Both the position numbers and the translations under genes were made by a program. DNA of 64,000 bases from Roseibacillus sp. (GTDB taxonomy: Bacteria; Verrucomicrobiota; Verrucomicrobiia; Verrucomicrobiales; Akkermansiaceae): positions 128,001-192,000 of the forward strand of contig CBDEUM010000034.1 of NCBI GenBank assembly GCA_965242925.1. Reading direction: 5' to 3'. Below are positions 31,345-42,554 of the stretch, piece by piece (the first letter of the stretch is position 1; each line of letters begins with the position of its first letter). The notes under the pieces are model-generated. The model was given only the letters and a program-made list of their open reading frames with translations. It did no database searches and was not told where the DNA came from.

Positions 31345-32376
31345 GTGCCTCAGGTTGATAGGGAATCCAGAGTCGCTGCCCCGCCGGAGACCTGGGAGGA
31401 TCATGTTCGGCGAACCTTTCGCGCCATGGTGACGGCCCGCACCCTTGAATCTAAATTGGCCAGCCTCTACAAGGCAGGCAAGATCGTGGGGGGGGTCTAC
31501 ATTGGCCCCGGACAGGAGGCCGTGAGCGCTTCCATCGGTTCGTGCCTCACCTGGGATCACGACATCTTTGGCGCCTTGATCCGCGACCAGGGCGGACGCA
31601 CGGCCTTTGGTGAGCCAATGCTGGATGCCACCCGCTCCTATCTCGGCTCAATCAAGGGGCCGTCACGAGGCCGGGATGGAAATATTCACCGGGGACACCC
31701 GACCGAAGGTCTTCCCGCAATGATCAGTCACCTGGGTGCAATGGTCTCCGTGGTGGCCGGCATGCTGTTCGCCCGGAGAATCCAGGGCAGACTCGACGGC
31801 GTAGTGGGGGCAGCCAGCGTCGGTGACGGAGCCAGTTCCACCGGATCTTTTCACGAGGCCATGAATCTTGCCGCGGTCGAGAACCTGCCCCTGGTAGTGA
31901 TCCTGGCCAACAACCAGTTCGCTTACTCCACTCCGACCGATCGCCAATTTGCCTGCCGGTCGCTGGTCGACCGCGCCCTCGGTTACGGAATCGCGGGACA
32001 TGAGGTGGACGGCACCGATCTCCTTGCCTCGCTGGAGGTGATTTCCAAGGCGGTGAATGACGCCCGCGGGGGAGGGGGACCGCAACTCGTTGTAGCCAAC
32101 CTGCTCCGCTTGAGTGGGCATGGTGAGCACGACGACGCATTCTATGTCCCCGAGACCCTGAAGAATTCATCGCTGGGGCGGGATTGCATGGCGGTCGCGG
32201 AGCAGCAATTGCTCGCGGCGGGATTTCTCACCGAACCTGAAATCGAAGAATGGAAGACGGAGGCCGCTGAGGAAGTGCAGACCGCAGTGGCCCTTGCTCA
32301 ACAGGAAGCCGCTCCGGATCCGTTCGCTGATGACTGGATCGTTTATGCCTCGCCTGAACTCGCTGAAGAATCGTAA
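31345..32376 (+). CDS. 2-oxoacid dehydrogenase E1 alpha subunit
   Basis: GQEA, TPP-binding GDGA...G.FHEAMN...NNQFA, R..GH..HD; GTG start inferred. Confidence 0.9.
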   Translation: MPQVDRESRVAAPPETWEDHVRRTFRAMVTARTLESKLASLYKAGKIVGGVYIGPGQEAVSASIGSCLTWDHDIFGALIRDQGGRTAFGEPMLDATRSYLGSIKGPSRGRDGNIHRGHPTEGLPAMISHLGAMVSVVAGMLFARRIQGRLDGVVGAASVGDGASSTGSFHEAMNLAAVENLPLVVILANNQFAYSTPTDRQFACRSLVDRALGYGIAGHEVDGTDLLASLEVISKAVNDARGGGGPQLVVANLLRLSGHGEHDDAFYVPETLKNSSLGRDCMAVAEQQLLAAGFLTEPEIEEWKTEAAEEVQTAVALAQQEAAPDPFADDWIVYASPELAEES

Positions 32377-33350
32377 TGGGAGAAGTCACCTACATCGATG
32401 CCATACGCGAAGCGCAACACGATCTTCTCGCCGCCGATGATCGGGTCTTTATTTACGGACAGGATGTCGGCCACTTCGGGGGCGCCTTCAAGGCTACCCG
32501 GGGCTTGAAGGATCTTTTCCCCGAACGGGTCATCGATTCCCCAATCAGCGAAGATGCTATGATCGGACTGGCAGTTGGGGCGGCCATTGAAGGGATGCGC
32601 CCCATTATAGAGATGCAGTTTGCCGATTTCTCTTCGGTGGGCTTCAACCAGATCGTCAACCAGGCGGGAACCCACTTTTATCGAACCGGTGTTCCCGCTC
32701 CCATTACGGTTCGCCTGCCCTGCGGCGGCACCCCGGGCTCGGGCCCCTTCCACAGCCAGATGATGGAGAGCGTCTATGCCTATTATCCCGGCCTGGTGGT
32801 CGTGACGCCCGCCACGGTTGCCGATGCCTACTCGATGCTGATTGACGCAGTGGCTCTCGACGACCCCGTCCTCTTCTGCGAACACAAGTTTCTCTACCGT
32901 TGGCTGAAGTCAGATAGACTGAAGGGCGATGACGAGCGCCTTCCCATCGGGCAGGCCCGCATTGTGCGCGCCGGCAAACATGCCTCCGTGGTTGCCTACA
33001 GTGCCATGGTGCACGAAGCCCTTCGTGCCGCCGAACTTCTCGCAGAGGAGGGCTGGGAAATCGAGGTGGTGGATCTGCGCAGCGTGAAACCCCTCGACAC
33101 CGACACCGTGATAGCCTCAGTGGCCCGAACCGGCCGACTCCTGGCAGTGGGAGAAGCCTTTCCCTGGGGCGGAGTCACCGCCGAGATCGTTTCCCGGGTG
33201 ACCAACGACGGATTTCATCTCCTCGACGCACCACCCCAGCGCTTAAATTCCCGCGACACCCCGGTGCCCTATCATCCCAACCTGTGGGAAGCCCATCGAC
33301 CTACCCTGGCGTCCATTTCGGCTGCTATCCGTAATCTGCTCCAACTTTAG
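32376..33350 (+). CDS. 2-oxoacid dehydrogenase E1 beta subunit
   Basis: GQDVG..GG.F, DSPISE, EMQFADF, GPFHSQ, EHK.LY. Confidence 0.93.
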   Translation: MGEVTYIDAIREAQHDLLAADDRVFIYGQDVGHFGGAFKATRGLKDLFPERVIDSPISEDAMIGLAVGAAIEGMRPIIEMQFADFSSVGFNQIVNQAGTHFYRTGVPAPITVRLPCGGTPGSGPFHSQMMESVYAYYPGLVVVTPATVADAYSMLIDAVALDDPVLFCEHKFLYRWLKSDRLKGDDERLPIGQARIVRAGKHASVVAYSAMVHEALRAAELLAEEGWEIEVVDLRSVKPLDTDTVIASVARTGRLLAVGEAFPWGGVTAEIVSRVTNDGFHLLDAPPQRLNSRDTPVPYHPNLWEAHRPTLASISAAIRNLLQL

Positions 33351-33368
33351 AGCCAACTGTTTAAGACC

Positions 33369-34595
33369 ATGCCTGAGGTTCCCATTCTGATGCCGCAACT
33401 CGGCGAATCAATCGCGGAGGCCACCATCATTCGCCTCAACATAACCGTGGGCGATGAAGTGGTGGCCGACCAGGAGGTCATCGAGGTCGAGACCAACAAG
33501 GCCACCATGGATGTTACTACCCTGTGTGGTGGCACCGTGCGCGAACTCCTCGTCGAAGAGGGAGTAAGCTATCCGATCGGAACCGTTCTCGGCCTCCTTG
33601 AGGTGACTGAAGAGGAGGCGATCCGAACCGGGGTCCAGGCGACGGGAACGACGGAGTCCTCCGAAACCACCTGCGAGGCCGACGAGGAGCCTCCCCGAGC
33701 CCACTTCGCAACTCCCGAAGGCGGTGCCCGCGAACCGCGTAAGGTGGAGCCCAGCATCCGGGGACTGTCGGTTCCGGCCGGCATGAAAGGGGCCCACTAC
33801 CTTTCTCCCCGCATGAAGGCCCGCATGGACGAACTCGGCCTGCGGGCGGCGGACATCTCCGCCATCGTGGGAAGTGGATCGGGTGGACGGGTCACCGTGG
33901 AGGATCTTGAGCAGTTTCTGGATTACGTCTCTACCTGGCCTTCCGGCCAGGCCTCGTCCATGCGCCTGTCAGTAGCCGACTCCATGCGGCGAAGTTGGAC
34001 ACGACCTCTGGCCTCGGTAGGTCGCCCGGTCGCGCTTGAGAACCTGCTTGATTACCGGCGCAGCCTCGACCCCAAACCGCCGCTGACGATTTTCCTGCTT
34101 CGTGCCTTTGGCAAGGCGTTGGCGGAACAACCGGCCTCCGCAGGCTATCTTATCGGCGAGCAGATCATCCCTCCCAGGGCCTTCGACATCGGAGTGGCAG
34201 TACAGGTTGAGGACGGCGTCCTGGTCCCCGTTCTTCGCAGGATCGACACCCGCACGATTGCAGAGTTGATGGAGGAATACCTCGACCTCGTCCGAAAGGC
34301 ACGCGAGCGGCGGGTTCCAGAGGAGAACATCGGCGGGGGAATCGCCACGGTCACCAACTTCGGAACCTTCGGCCTGATGTGGGGCACCCCCATTCCTCTG
34401 CCCAGTGAAACTCTCATTCTGGGAATCGGAGCCGGGGTGAAGAAGCCGGTCTGGTCTCAGGAAAAGGGAAGTTTTATTCCCGTTACCGAAGCAGATCTCA
34501 TGCTGACCTTTGATCACCGGGTGGTCGATGGGGGCGGGGCCGGCATGTTGCTCAATCGCTTGAACGAACTCCTCCAGGAACCGGAAAACCTCTGA
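33369..34595 (+). CDS. Dihydrolipoamide acyltransferase E2
   Basis: MPQLGES, lipoyl motif EVETNKA, E3-binding GSG.GGRVT..D, catalytic FDHRVVDG. Confidence 0.92.
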   Translation: MPEVPILMPQLGESIAEATIIRLNITVGDEVVADQEVIEVETNKATMDVTTLCGGTVRELLVEEGVSYPIGTVLGLLEVTEEEAIRTGVQATGTTESSETTCEADEEPPRAHFATPEGGAREPRKVEPSIRGLSVPAGMKGAHYLSPRMKARMDELGLRAADISAIVGSGSGGRVTVEDLEQFLDYVSTWPSGQASSMRLSVADSMRRSWTRPLASVGRPVALENLLDYRRSLDPKPPLTIFLLRAFGKALAEQPASAGYLIGEQIIPPRAFDIGVAVQVEDGVLVPVLRRIDTRTIAELMEEYLDLVRKARERRVPEENIGGGIATVTNFGTFGLMWGTPIPLPSETLILGIGAGVKKPVWSQEKGSFIPVTEADLMLTFDHRVVDGGGAGMLLNRLNELLQEPENL

Positions 34596-34610
34596 CTCGA
34601 CGACAACCTG

Positions 34611-34940
34611 ATGAGCGAAGGATTACCTGAGGCCACCCAGCGGGTTGTTGAAACTCCCTATGGCAGGGCGGTGGGATCATCCTATCGGTGGGAGGGCGGG
34701 CAATACTGCGCGATCCACACGACCCGGGGTGTGGTGGGATGCGGTATTTTTGATATCGCCTGTGCCAATGAATTCGGCATGGCATTTGCAGTCGCCAAGG
34801 GCACCCGGGAACATCCGCTCCTTGATCCAGAGGACCTGTATGAAGCCTCCATCGTCCGGGTCAGTGAATCCGCCCGAGCGCTCGGCATTGAGGAAGGCAT
34901 GACGGGAAAGGAGGCCCTCGCGTGCATGCTGAGGGCTTGA
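34611..34940 (+). CDS. YunC-family (DUF1805) protein
   Basis: G.VGCG.FD, A..LGI.EGMTG.EAL. Confidence 0.75.
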   Translation: MSEGLPEATQRVVETPYGRAVGSSYRWEGGQYCAIHTTRGVVGCGIFDIACANEFGMAFAVAKGTREHPLLDPEDLYEASIVRVSESARALGIEEGMTGKEALACMLRA

Positions 34941-35001
34941 GTTCTCTAATCAGCAGGGGAATGGCTTGCCTCTCCCGGTTCCTTTGAGTCCTATTGGAGC
35001 A

Positions 35002-36378
35002 GTGAAAACCGCGGCTCATCTCATTGCGATTCTCATTCTGGTCGCCACCCTGGTGGGAAGCCCGGATCTTCAGGCGGAACTTCGGGAATTTACTGACGTC
35101 AAAGGGCGCAAAATCACTGCCGAACTCCTCGGGTTGAGTGGCAAGTCCAAGGTGAACCTCCGCATGGAAAATGGAAAAATGGTCACCGTGGCCCTTGAAC
35201 GGCTCAGCACGGTCGACCAGGGCTATATTAAAGCTCATCCCTCGGCGAAGCTGACACCCTTAACACTACCGGAGCAGGCGCTCGTGGCCGTGAAGGAATG
35301 GAATGAAAAACTTCAGCAAGATGAATCCTATTTCATCAATATCGCGGGTCAACGAGCGTTCCGCCGGTCCATCAAGAAGATCCACCACGATGGCTTCGCC
35401 AGCGGCCTCTGGCAATTTGCGGTGGTTGAAGGCCCGCATCTGGGAGTTCTCGATGCAAAGGGAATGGCCATGTTTGGGGTATCCCGGGTAGGCCCTACCG
35501 GGCTGCAGGCCGGCTCTGATGCGCCCATCTTTCTGGCGCGTTACGGAACGGGCGACACAGCCTACGTGCAATATCTTCGCAAGGACGGCAAACCCTTCAT
35601 CAAGACCAGGTTTGCCGGAGGGCGCCCGTTCAACAGCGAACGAGCCTGGGTCAACCTGGAGACCGCTGACCGCCCCGGTAGCAACGGGCGGGGAAACGGC
35701 ACCTGGACTCTCATCGATTACCAGGGCAATCTGCTCCATGCTTTCGAGGATCTGACCGTGAATGACTTTTCCGGGGGGCGCGCCGGGGTGTCTCTTGATG
35801 TTCGCTCCACTGAATGGGCAATTATCAATACAGATGCTGACGTGATTGCCGAGGGCCCGTTCCGCCGGGTTGGAAGATTCATCAATGGGGCCGCCGTGGT
35901 GGATGGACGCCTCATGAACCGGGATGGTGAATGGCTCATGGAGAAAAAGGGGGAGTGGCAGATCGAACGGCGCTATGAGAATTCCGAGAGCGATGCGGTG
36001 GTGGCCAGAAGGACCAGACGCATCCCCGGCAAACCCCGCTTCGGAATCCTACGCCGGTCGACCGGCAAGTTCATCGCAGATGTGCCCGACGAGTATTATG
36101 TCGACCGTGGATTCTTTAACGGTTTGGCGGTCGTTCGCGATCTCAAGACCCAGAATTTCGGCTACCTTTCCAGGACCGGTGAACTGATCATTCCTGCGAA
36201 CTTCGCCAGGGCCGAACCGTTCAGGGGCGGCTACGCCCATGTCTCTCTCGAGCAACTCTATGACCAGGCTGTCATCAATCTGGCCGGAGAAGTGATCTGG
36301 AAGGCCCACCTGCAGGAAATAGCGGTTCCAGAGGAAAAGGAACCCGAAGAAGCCGGGCGAAAAAGCCATTCCACCTAA
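35002..36378 (+). CDS. Secreted WG-repeat protein with N-terminal SHD1-like domain
   Basis: Signal peptide; REFTD..GR.I.A...LS..DQ.YI; repeated F..G.A.V / GY....G..II. Confidence 0.75.
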   Translation: MKTAAHLIAILILVATLVGSPDLQAELREFTDVKGRKITAELLGLSGKSKVNLRMENGKMVTVALERLSTVDQGYIKAHPSAKLTPLTLPEQALVAVKEWNEKLQQDESYFINIAGQRAFRRSIKKIHHDGFASGLWQFAVVEGPHLGVLDAKGMAMFGVSRVGPTGLQAGSDAPIFLARYGTGDTAYVQYLRKDGKPFIKTRFAGGRPFNSERAWVNLETADRPGSNGRGNGTWTLIDYQGNLLHAFEDLTVNDFSGGRAGVSLDVRSTEWAIINTDADVIAEGPFRRVGRFINGAAVVDGRLMNRDGEWLMEKKGEWQIERRYENSESDAVVARRTRRIPGKPRFGILRRSTGKFIADVPDEYYVDRGFFNGLAVVRDLKTQNFGYLSRTGELIIPANFARAEPFRGGYAHVSLEQLYDQAVINLAGEVIWKAHLQEIAVPEEKEPEEAGRKSHST

Positions 36379-36443
36379 GTAGTATTCTTCCGCTTAAAGG
36401 TGGGAGAAACGTGTCGAAAGGGGGTCTAACTGACCGTTTCTGG

Positions 36444-36471
36444 AATCCGCATTACATATATTGTGTGAACT
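36444..36471 (+). other. Candidate chromosome dimer resolution site dif
   Basis: AATCCGCATTA-CATATA-TTGTGTGAACT has 11-6-11 XerC/XerD geometry, is intergenic, and KOPS polarity flips across it. Confidence 0.75.
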
Positions 36472-36722
36472 TATCAAATCTTAGTCTCCCTTGGTTGATC
36501 TCGTTCAGAGGCCTCTCCCAATTGTCCTTTTCACCACCTGGAAACCCACGCCTTTGTCTATTTCGGCAAGAATGGACGAGCGCCCCGTGGCGCCCATCAG
36601 GCAACCGGTACAAATCAGCAATTCTGCCTTTTCCCATTTCCGGTTCGCAATTCGCACCACCTTGGGAGAATCTCTTGCCGTTCCCGGGTCACGGCTTCTG
36701 CGCGGGTGAACTAATTGGCTCC

Positions 36723-37520
36723 ATGAAGGTCATTGCGATTGCAAACCAGAAAGGCGGCGTCGGTAAAACCACTACCGCCGTCAACATCTCTTCGGCCCTC
36801 GCGCGTCGAGGTCAGCGGATTCTTCTGATCGATCTTGATCCTCAGGCCAACGCCACCAGCGGCCTCGGCGTCGACCCCGAAAAGGCTGAAAATGGCAGTA
36901 TTTACAGCGTTTTACTCGGCGACAGCACTCTCGAATCTAAGATTCAGGAAACGCCCCGCCAGAATCTCTCTATCATCCCCTCTGAAATGAATCTGGCCGG
37001 CGTAGAGATTGAACTGGCCCGCATGGATGACCACCTCCTTATCCTGCAGGGAATCCTCCGCCAGGCAAAGAAACGCCGTAAATTTGACTTTTGCATCCTG
37101 GATACGCCCCCTTCTCTCGGCGTCCTCATGACTTCTGCTCTCTCCGCAGCCGACGAGGTCCTTGTTCCGCTGCAATGCGAGTGGTTTGGCCTCGAGGGAC
37201 TCTCCAAGATCCTCCATGTCATCGACCAGATTCGCGATTCAGGAGTCAATCCCCGCCTGAAAATTGAGGGGATCCTCATGACCATGTATGACGGGCGCAC
37301 CAATCTTTCCCGCAAAGTTGTTCAAGAGGTCAAGAGCTACTTCCCCGAGTGGCTTTACCGCAGCGTGATCCCACGAACCATCCGACTTGGTGAAGCCCCC
37401 AGTCACGGCAAGACCATTTTTGAATGGGATCCTCACGGCACCGGTAGCGAGGCTTATGACGCGGCCGCCAAGGAGTTCCTCCGCCGCCATCAAGTCAGGC
37501 CGGCGCCGGTGGCTGCCTGA
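36723..37520 (+). CDS. parA: ParA/Soj-family ATPase
   Basis: NQKGGVGKTTT, DLDPQANATSGLG, DTPPSLG, PLQCE, EAPSHG; the 36411 extension in the ORF track is spurious. Confidence 0.92.
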   Translation: MKVIAIANQKGGVGKTTTAVNISSALARRGQRILLIDLDPQANATSGLGVDPEKAENGSIYSVLLGDSTLESKIQETPRQNLSIIPSEMNLAGVEIELARMDDHLLILQGILRQAKKRRKFDFCILDTPPSLGVLMTSALSAADEVLVPLQCEWFGLEGLSKILHVIDQIRDSGVNPRLKIEGILMTMYDGRTNLSRKVVQEVKSYFPEWLYRSVIPRTIRLGEAPSHGKTIFEWDPHGTGSEAYDAAAKEFLRRHQVRPAPVAA

Positions 37521-37843
37521 AGCGTGTCGAGTCAGGGCGCCTGTCTGAAAAGGAGGCAGTTGGGTGTATTTTTACGAGAACGCCCAGCCGGGGCCTGTGC
37601 ATAACTCGCCCTTCCGGACCTCGTCCGACTCCAATTCCCCCCACCCTGCCCTTGGCCACCCGGGCGCCGGAGGAAACGTCCTGATCGCCGCAAGCCCCCC
37701 TTCAATCCGGCGGAGATTTTTCTGCTCTTGTGGCCCTTGCGAAAATTTCTTCCGGTTTGAGCGTAATGCCTGAGGGAAGGCTTGCACCCCGGATTGGGGC
37801 AGCTAAAAACATTTCAGCTTTCTAAACCTTCTCTCCACTTGGC

Positions 37844-38869
<1,026 letters not shown>

Positions 38870-38911
38870 GCAACAAGTTAGATTGCGTCCACCTCCAGAC
38901 GCATCCCTGCC

Positions 38912-39730
38912 ATGAAACCAATCAACTTCTTCGCGCTCGTGTTCTTCCTGTGGGGAGTGATCTGGGTGCTGACGCTGAGTGAGGGGACGGTTCGGGGGAT
39001 CCAGCAGACCTACTACGGAACGATCTCACCGTTCCTCAAGGCCGGATCAGCGATGGACATGAAGGCACGGGATTTTTTGGAGGAAATCGAGAACTCCAAG
39101 GACCTCGGAAACCAGCTCAGGGCCTTAGAGGAGGAATATGTAAAGCTCCGTTCAATCGAAGGGCGCCTGCGGGAACTGGAGTCGGAGAACAACGAGCTCC
39201 GGCGGGCACTCGAGTTCAAGGAAAAGCAGCGCCTCAATGTCATTGCCGCACGCGTCATCAAACGGCAGCCCTCCACCTGGTGGGAGACCGCCATCATTGA
39301 CCGCGGACAGTCCTCGGACATCGGTGCCGGTGTTCCGATCATCGCCCCGGGGGGGTTGGCCGGCAAGGTCGACATCGCATCGGAGGACACCTGCAGCATA
39401 ATCCTCCTGACTGACGAACGCTGTCAGGTCTCCGTTCAGGTTGCGGGCACGCCGGAGACAGGCATTCTTCATGGTGGACGGGGACGCTACGGGGAGGAGC
39501 CCAGACTCATCCTGCGACATCTTTCCCGGGAAGCAGCCATCCTCCCGGGCATGAAGGTGATCACCACTGGCAAGGGTGGGCTGTTCCCTTCCAATCTTCT
39601 GGTAGGTACGGTCAAGGAATACACCCCCGGACCGGTGGAAGGCGTGGCCCTTGTGCAGCCTTCCGTCAACTTCAATGAACTGGGGGTGGTCTTCGTCATC
39701 GCTCACAGGACCGAGGAAGAGGAGGGATAG
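38912..39730 (+). CDS. mreC: Rod shape-determining protein MreC
   Basis: TM, coiled coil LESENNELR, A.VI, IDRG, VITTG.GG.FP...VG; synteny. Confidence 0.92.
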   Translation: MKPINFFALVFFLWGVIWVLTLSEGTVRGIQQTYYGTISPFLKAGSAMDMKARDFLEEIENSKDLGNQLRALEEEYVKLRSIEGRLRELESENNELRRALEFKEKQRLNVIAARVIKRQPSTWWETAIIDRGQSSDIGAGVPIIAPGGLAGKVDIASEDTCSIILLTDERCQVSVQVAGTPETGILHGGRGRYGEEPRLILRHLSREAAILPGMKVITTGKGGLFPSNLLVGTVKEYTPGPVEGVALVQPSVNFNELGVVFVIAHRTEEEEG

Positions 39731-39733
39731 GGC

Positions 39734-40336
39734 ATGGGCTGGTATCATCTGAGCCTGGTATGTCTGCTCGTCACCGCCTGCATCCTTCAACAGTTCTCCC
39801 CCGCCTTCGAATCGCTCTACGAAGGGAGGATTCTGGTGGTCCCTCTTGTTTTCCTCTGCGCCGCAGTGACCGTTCATGCGGGCCCCATGTTGTTGCTGGC
39901 CTTCATCGGGGGATTCCTCTGGGATGCCCAGCATGTCATCACCCCTCCGGTAGAGGAGTTGCGGGGCAACCCGGAAGTCTATATCGATCCAAATGAAGAT
40001 GTGATATTCGGTTACTCCATCATTCTTTACGCCTTGATGGGGTTCTTCATGCAGGGCATCCAACCCCTCTTTCGCGAAGGCAAGTGGCACATCTCGGCGC
40101 TCTTGTCCGGTGTGGCTATCTTTCTTTACCTTGCTGTCGAGTATCTCTTTATCACGTTTGTCCGTGGCGACCTGGTGCTGACCCGTAGTCTCTTTCTGAA
40201 AATCAGTTTCACCTCCCTTCTGACGATGTTCCTCTGTCCCGTAGTGTTCTGGGCCCTTTATGGCTTGGCTGGCCTGTTCCATCACACCATCAGCTACGAA
40301 GGACTGACGGCCACCCGGCGTGGTGCCGGGGACTAG
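39734..40336 (+). CDS. mreD: Probable MreD membrane protein
   Basis: About 5 TM segments, G.L.D motif, located between mreC and PBP2. Confidence 0.7.
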   Translation: MGWYHLSLVCLLVTACILQQFSPAFESLYEGRILVVPLVFLCAAVTVHAGPMLLLAFIGGFLWDAQHVITPPVEELRGNPEVYIDPNEDVIFGYSIILYALMGFFMQGIQPLFREGKWHISALLSGVAIFLYLAVEYLFITFVRGDLVLTRSLFLKISFTSLLTMFLCPVVFWALYGLAGLFHHTISYEGLTATRRGAGD

Positions 40337-40349
40337 CCTCTCACTCCCC

Positions 40350-42491
40350 ATGGAATCCCGCTACCGTTTCCGGCTCTACCTGCTGACTGCCATTATCCTG
40401 TCGGGGGCGGGGACTCTGCTCAGTCGTCTCTTCGATTACCAGATTCTGGAAACTGATTATTACCGGAAGCTCATCCCCGGAGAGACTACGATCTCTATCA
40501 GGGATCCCGGCGTGCGCGGGACTATCGTCGATCGCAACGGTGAACTGCTGGCCAAGAATCTTCGCAACTACGAACTGGTCCTCAACCTCGATGAGATCCA
40601 CCACGAGTGGGAGCGGCAGCATTCGGAGGATCAGCGACCCGGCCGAAGACAGATCGGGATGGCCGTGCCCACCTCCGAACGCAGTCGCGAGATTGTCCAG
40701 ATTGTCAAAGACGGTATTGTTCCGCGCTTGCGTCACCATGGGATCGAGGTGCGCTACAGCTCTGTGGCCCTTCAGAAGCACTACGTGACTCACGGTGGTC
40801 TTATCCCCTTCACCTTTCCGGTGGATCTCACCTACGAGCAGTTCGCACGCCTCGCGGAACACAACCTGGAGATGGCCGGGGTCTATGTCACGGTCCGTCC
40901 CCGGCGAAGATATCCCTACGGCACCCTCGCCTGCCACATCCTGGGCTACCTCAAGCAGTGGGAGAAAGGCGACATTCCTGCAGAGGCAAAGAAGAGATAC
41001 AACCATTACCTTGGGGACGCCATGGGCTGTGCCGGCATTGAAGCCACCATGGACGACTACCTGCGAGGATCACCTGGACGGCGTGTCCTGCGAAAAAACG
41101 AAAAGGGGCGTATCCTCGGTGAAGTGCTGGACGAACGAGTGGCTCCGGATCAGGGCTGCCAGGTCATGCTGACCATCGATGCCCGATCGCAGTTTCTCGT
41201 GGAGAACGTCTTGCGCAAGGCCGGTCGAGTGGCCGCCGTCGTGATGGATGTCAACACCGGGGAGATCCTCTCGATGGCCTCCGTGCCGAACTACAACCCG
41301 AATGAATTCATTCCCAGTATCGATGCAGGAAAATGGGAGAGCTATAAGGCGAACAAGGCCTATCCGTTGATCAACAGGGCCATTTCCAGTTTTACTCCCG
41401 GTTCCACCTTCAAGCTCCCCACCGCGGTAGCAGCCTGCATGCACGACAAGGGTGATTTCACCCACAGGTGTGTGGGGCATCTTCGCTACGGACGGACCGG
41501 AAGGCTGAAAATCCGGTGCTGGAAAACCGTGGGACACGGTTCTTTGGTCCTGGCCAATGCCATTCAGCGCTCGTGCAATCCCTACTTCATGCAACTTTCC
41601 AACGAGGTTGGTGACACCAGGATGGCCGATAGCTTCGCTCTGCTCAACCTGGGCCTTCCAACCGGCATCAAACTGCCGGCCGAGGACCAGGGGATCATTC
41701 CAGGCAGTGCCTGGTGGCGCCGGGAACTCCATCCCGGGGAATCGATGACTCCCGCGAGGATGGCCATGCTCGCCATCGGACAGGACGAATGCGAAGCCAC
41801 CCCCCTGCAGATGGCTGCCCTCGTCGCCTGCATCGCCAATGGAGGCAAATACTATCGTCCCCGTCTCATAAAGAGGGTGGTGGATCCCAAGGAAGGCGTC
41901 CAGGTCAGTGACATTCCCGAACTCAAAGTCGACCTCATGGCGGAGGGGATGAACCGCGATCAGTTCGAAAATATCCGCCTTGGCATGTGGAAGGCGGCCA
42001 ACGAACCGGGAGGAACCGCCCGACGTGCCTCTCCCCGGGACGTTGAGATTGGAGCCAAGACTGGAACGGCCCAGACCACCGACTTTGGCAAGAAATCCCA
42101 CAATGCATGGACTGTTGCCTTCGGCCCTTTCGATCAACCCAGATATGCCATCGCGGTGGTGGTGCAGAATGGGAAGTCCGGGGGCAAGGTAGCCGGTCCC
42201 CTCGTTCGCCTGATTTTCCGTGGACTCTTTGCCGCCGAAGGAGGTCTCAAGCTCCCACTGCGCAGGATGGGGGAAGTAGCAGGCAATTCTGAACCCATCG
42301 AGGAAATAGCCCTTCCTGAAGGAGATCTTCTAACCCTCGCTATTGACGAAGAGGGCGAAACAGGCGAGGAAGCAGCGGAGGCTCAGCTTCCGGGGACACC
42401 CGTCCGGGTGCGACCCCGCGCAATCCCCCTCCCTTCCATCACGCCCGACGCAGACTCGGGAACCTCTCCGAACCGGCAAAACCGACCCTGA
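40350..42491 (+). CDS. mrdA: Penicillin-binding protein 2
   Basis: RG.I.DRNG, R.YP.G, STFK, SCN, KTGTAQ. Confidence 0.92.
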   Translation: MESRYRFRLYLLTAIILSGAGTLLSRLFDYQILETDYYRKLIPGETTISIRDPGVRGTIVDRNGELLAKNLRNYELVLNLDEIHHEWERQHSEDQRPGRRQIGMAVPTSERSREIVQIVKDGIVPRLRHHGIEVRYSSVALQKHYVTHGGLIPFTFPVDLTYEQFARLAEHNLEMAGVYVTVRPRRRYPYGTLACHILGYLKQWEKGDIPAEAKKRYNHYLGDAMGCAGIEATMDDYLRGSPGRRVLRKNEKGRILGEVLDERVAPDQGCQVMLTIDARSQFLVENVLRKAGRVAAVVMDVNTGEILSMASVPNYNPNEFIPSIDAGKWESYKANKAYPLINRAISSFTPGSTFKLPTAVAACMHDKGDFTHRCVGHLRYGRTGRLKIRCWKTVGHGSLVLANAIQRSCNPYFMQLSNEVGDTRMADSFALLNLGLPTGIKLPAEDQGIIPGSAWWRRELHPGESMTPARMAMLAIGQDECEATPLQMAALVACIANGGKYYRPRLIKRVVDPKEGVQVSDIPELKVDLMAEGMNRDQFENIRLGMWKAANEPGGTARRASPRDVEIGAKTGTAQTTDFGKKSHNAWTVAFGPFDQPRYAIAVVVQNGKSGGKVAGPLVRLIFRGLFAAEGGLKLPLRRMGEVAGNSEPIEEIALPEGDLLTLAIDEEGETGEEAAEAQLPGTPVRVRPRAIPLPSITPDADSGTSPNRQNRP

Positions 42492-42554
42492 TCGAACTGA
42501 TGATCATGGGTGCATTCACCGGCTCAAAGACAACCTCCAAATCATTTCCAGACC

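Noticed and set aside
36411..36722. N-terminal extension of ParA (similar extensions on yebC, mdh, E1 alpha, apaG and the thioredoxin-fold gene)
   Set aside because: Homology begins at the downstream start; the extensions run through intergenic DNA or opposite-strand genes.
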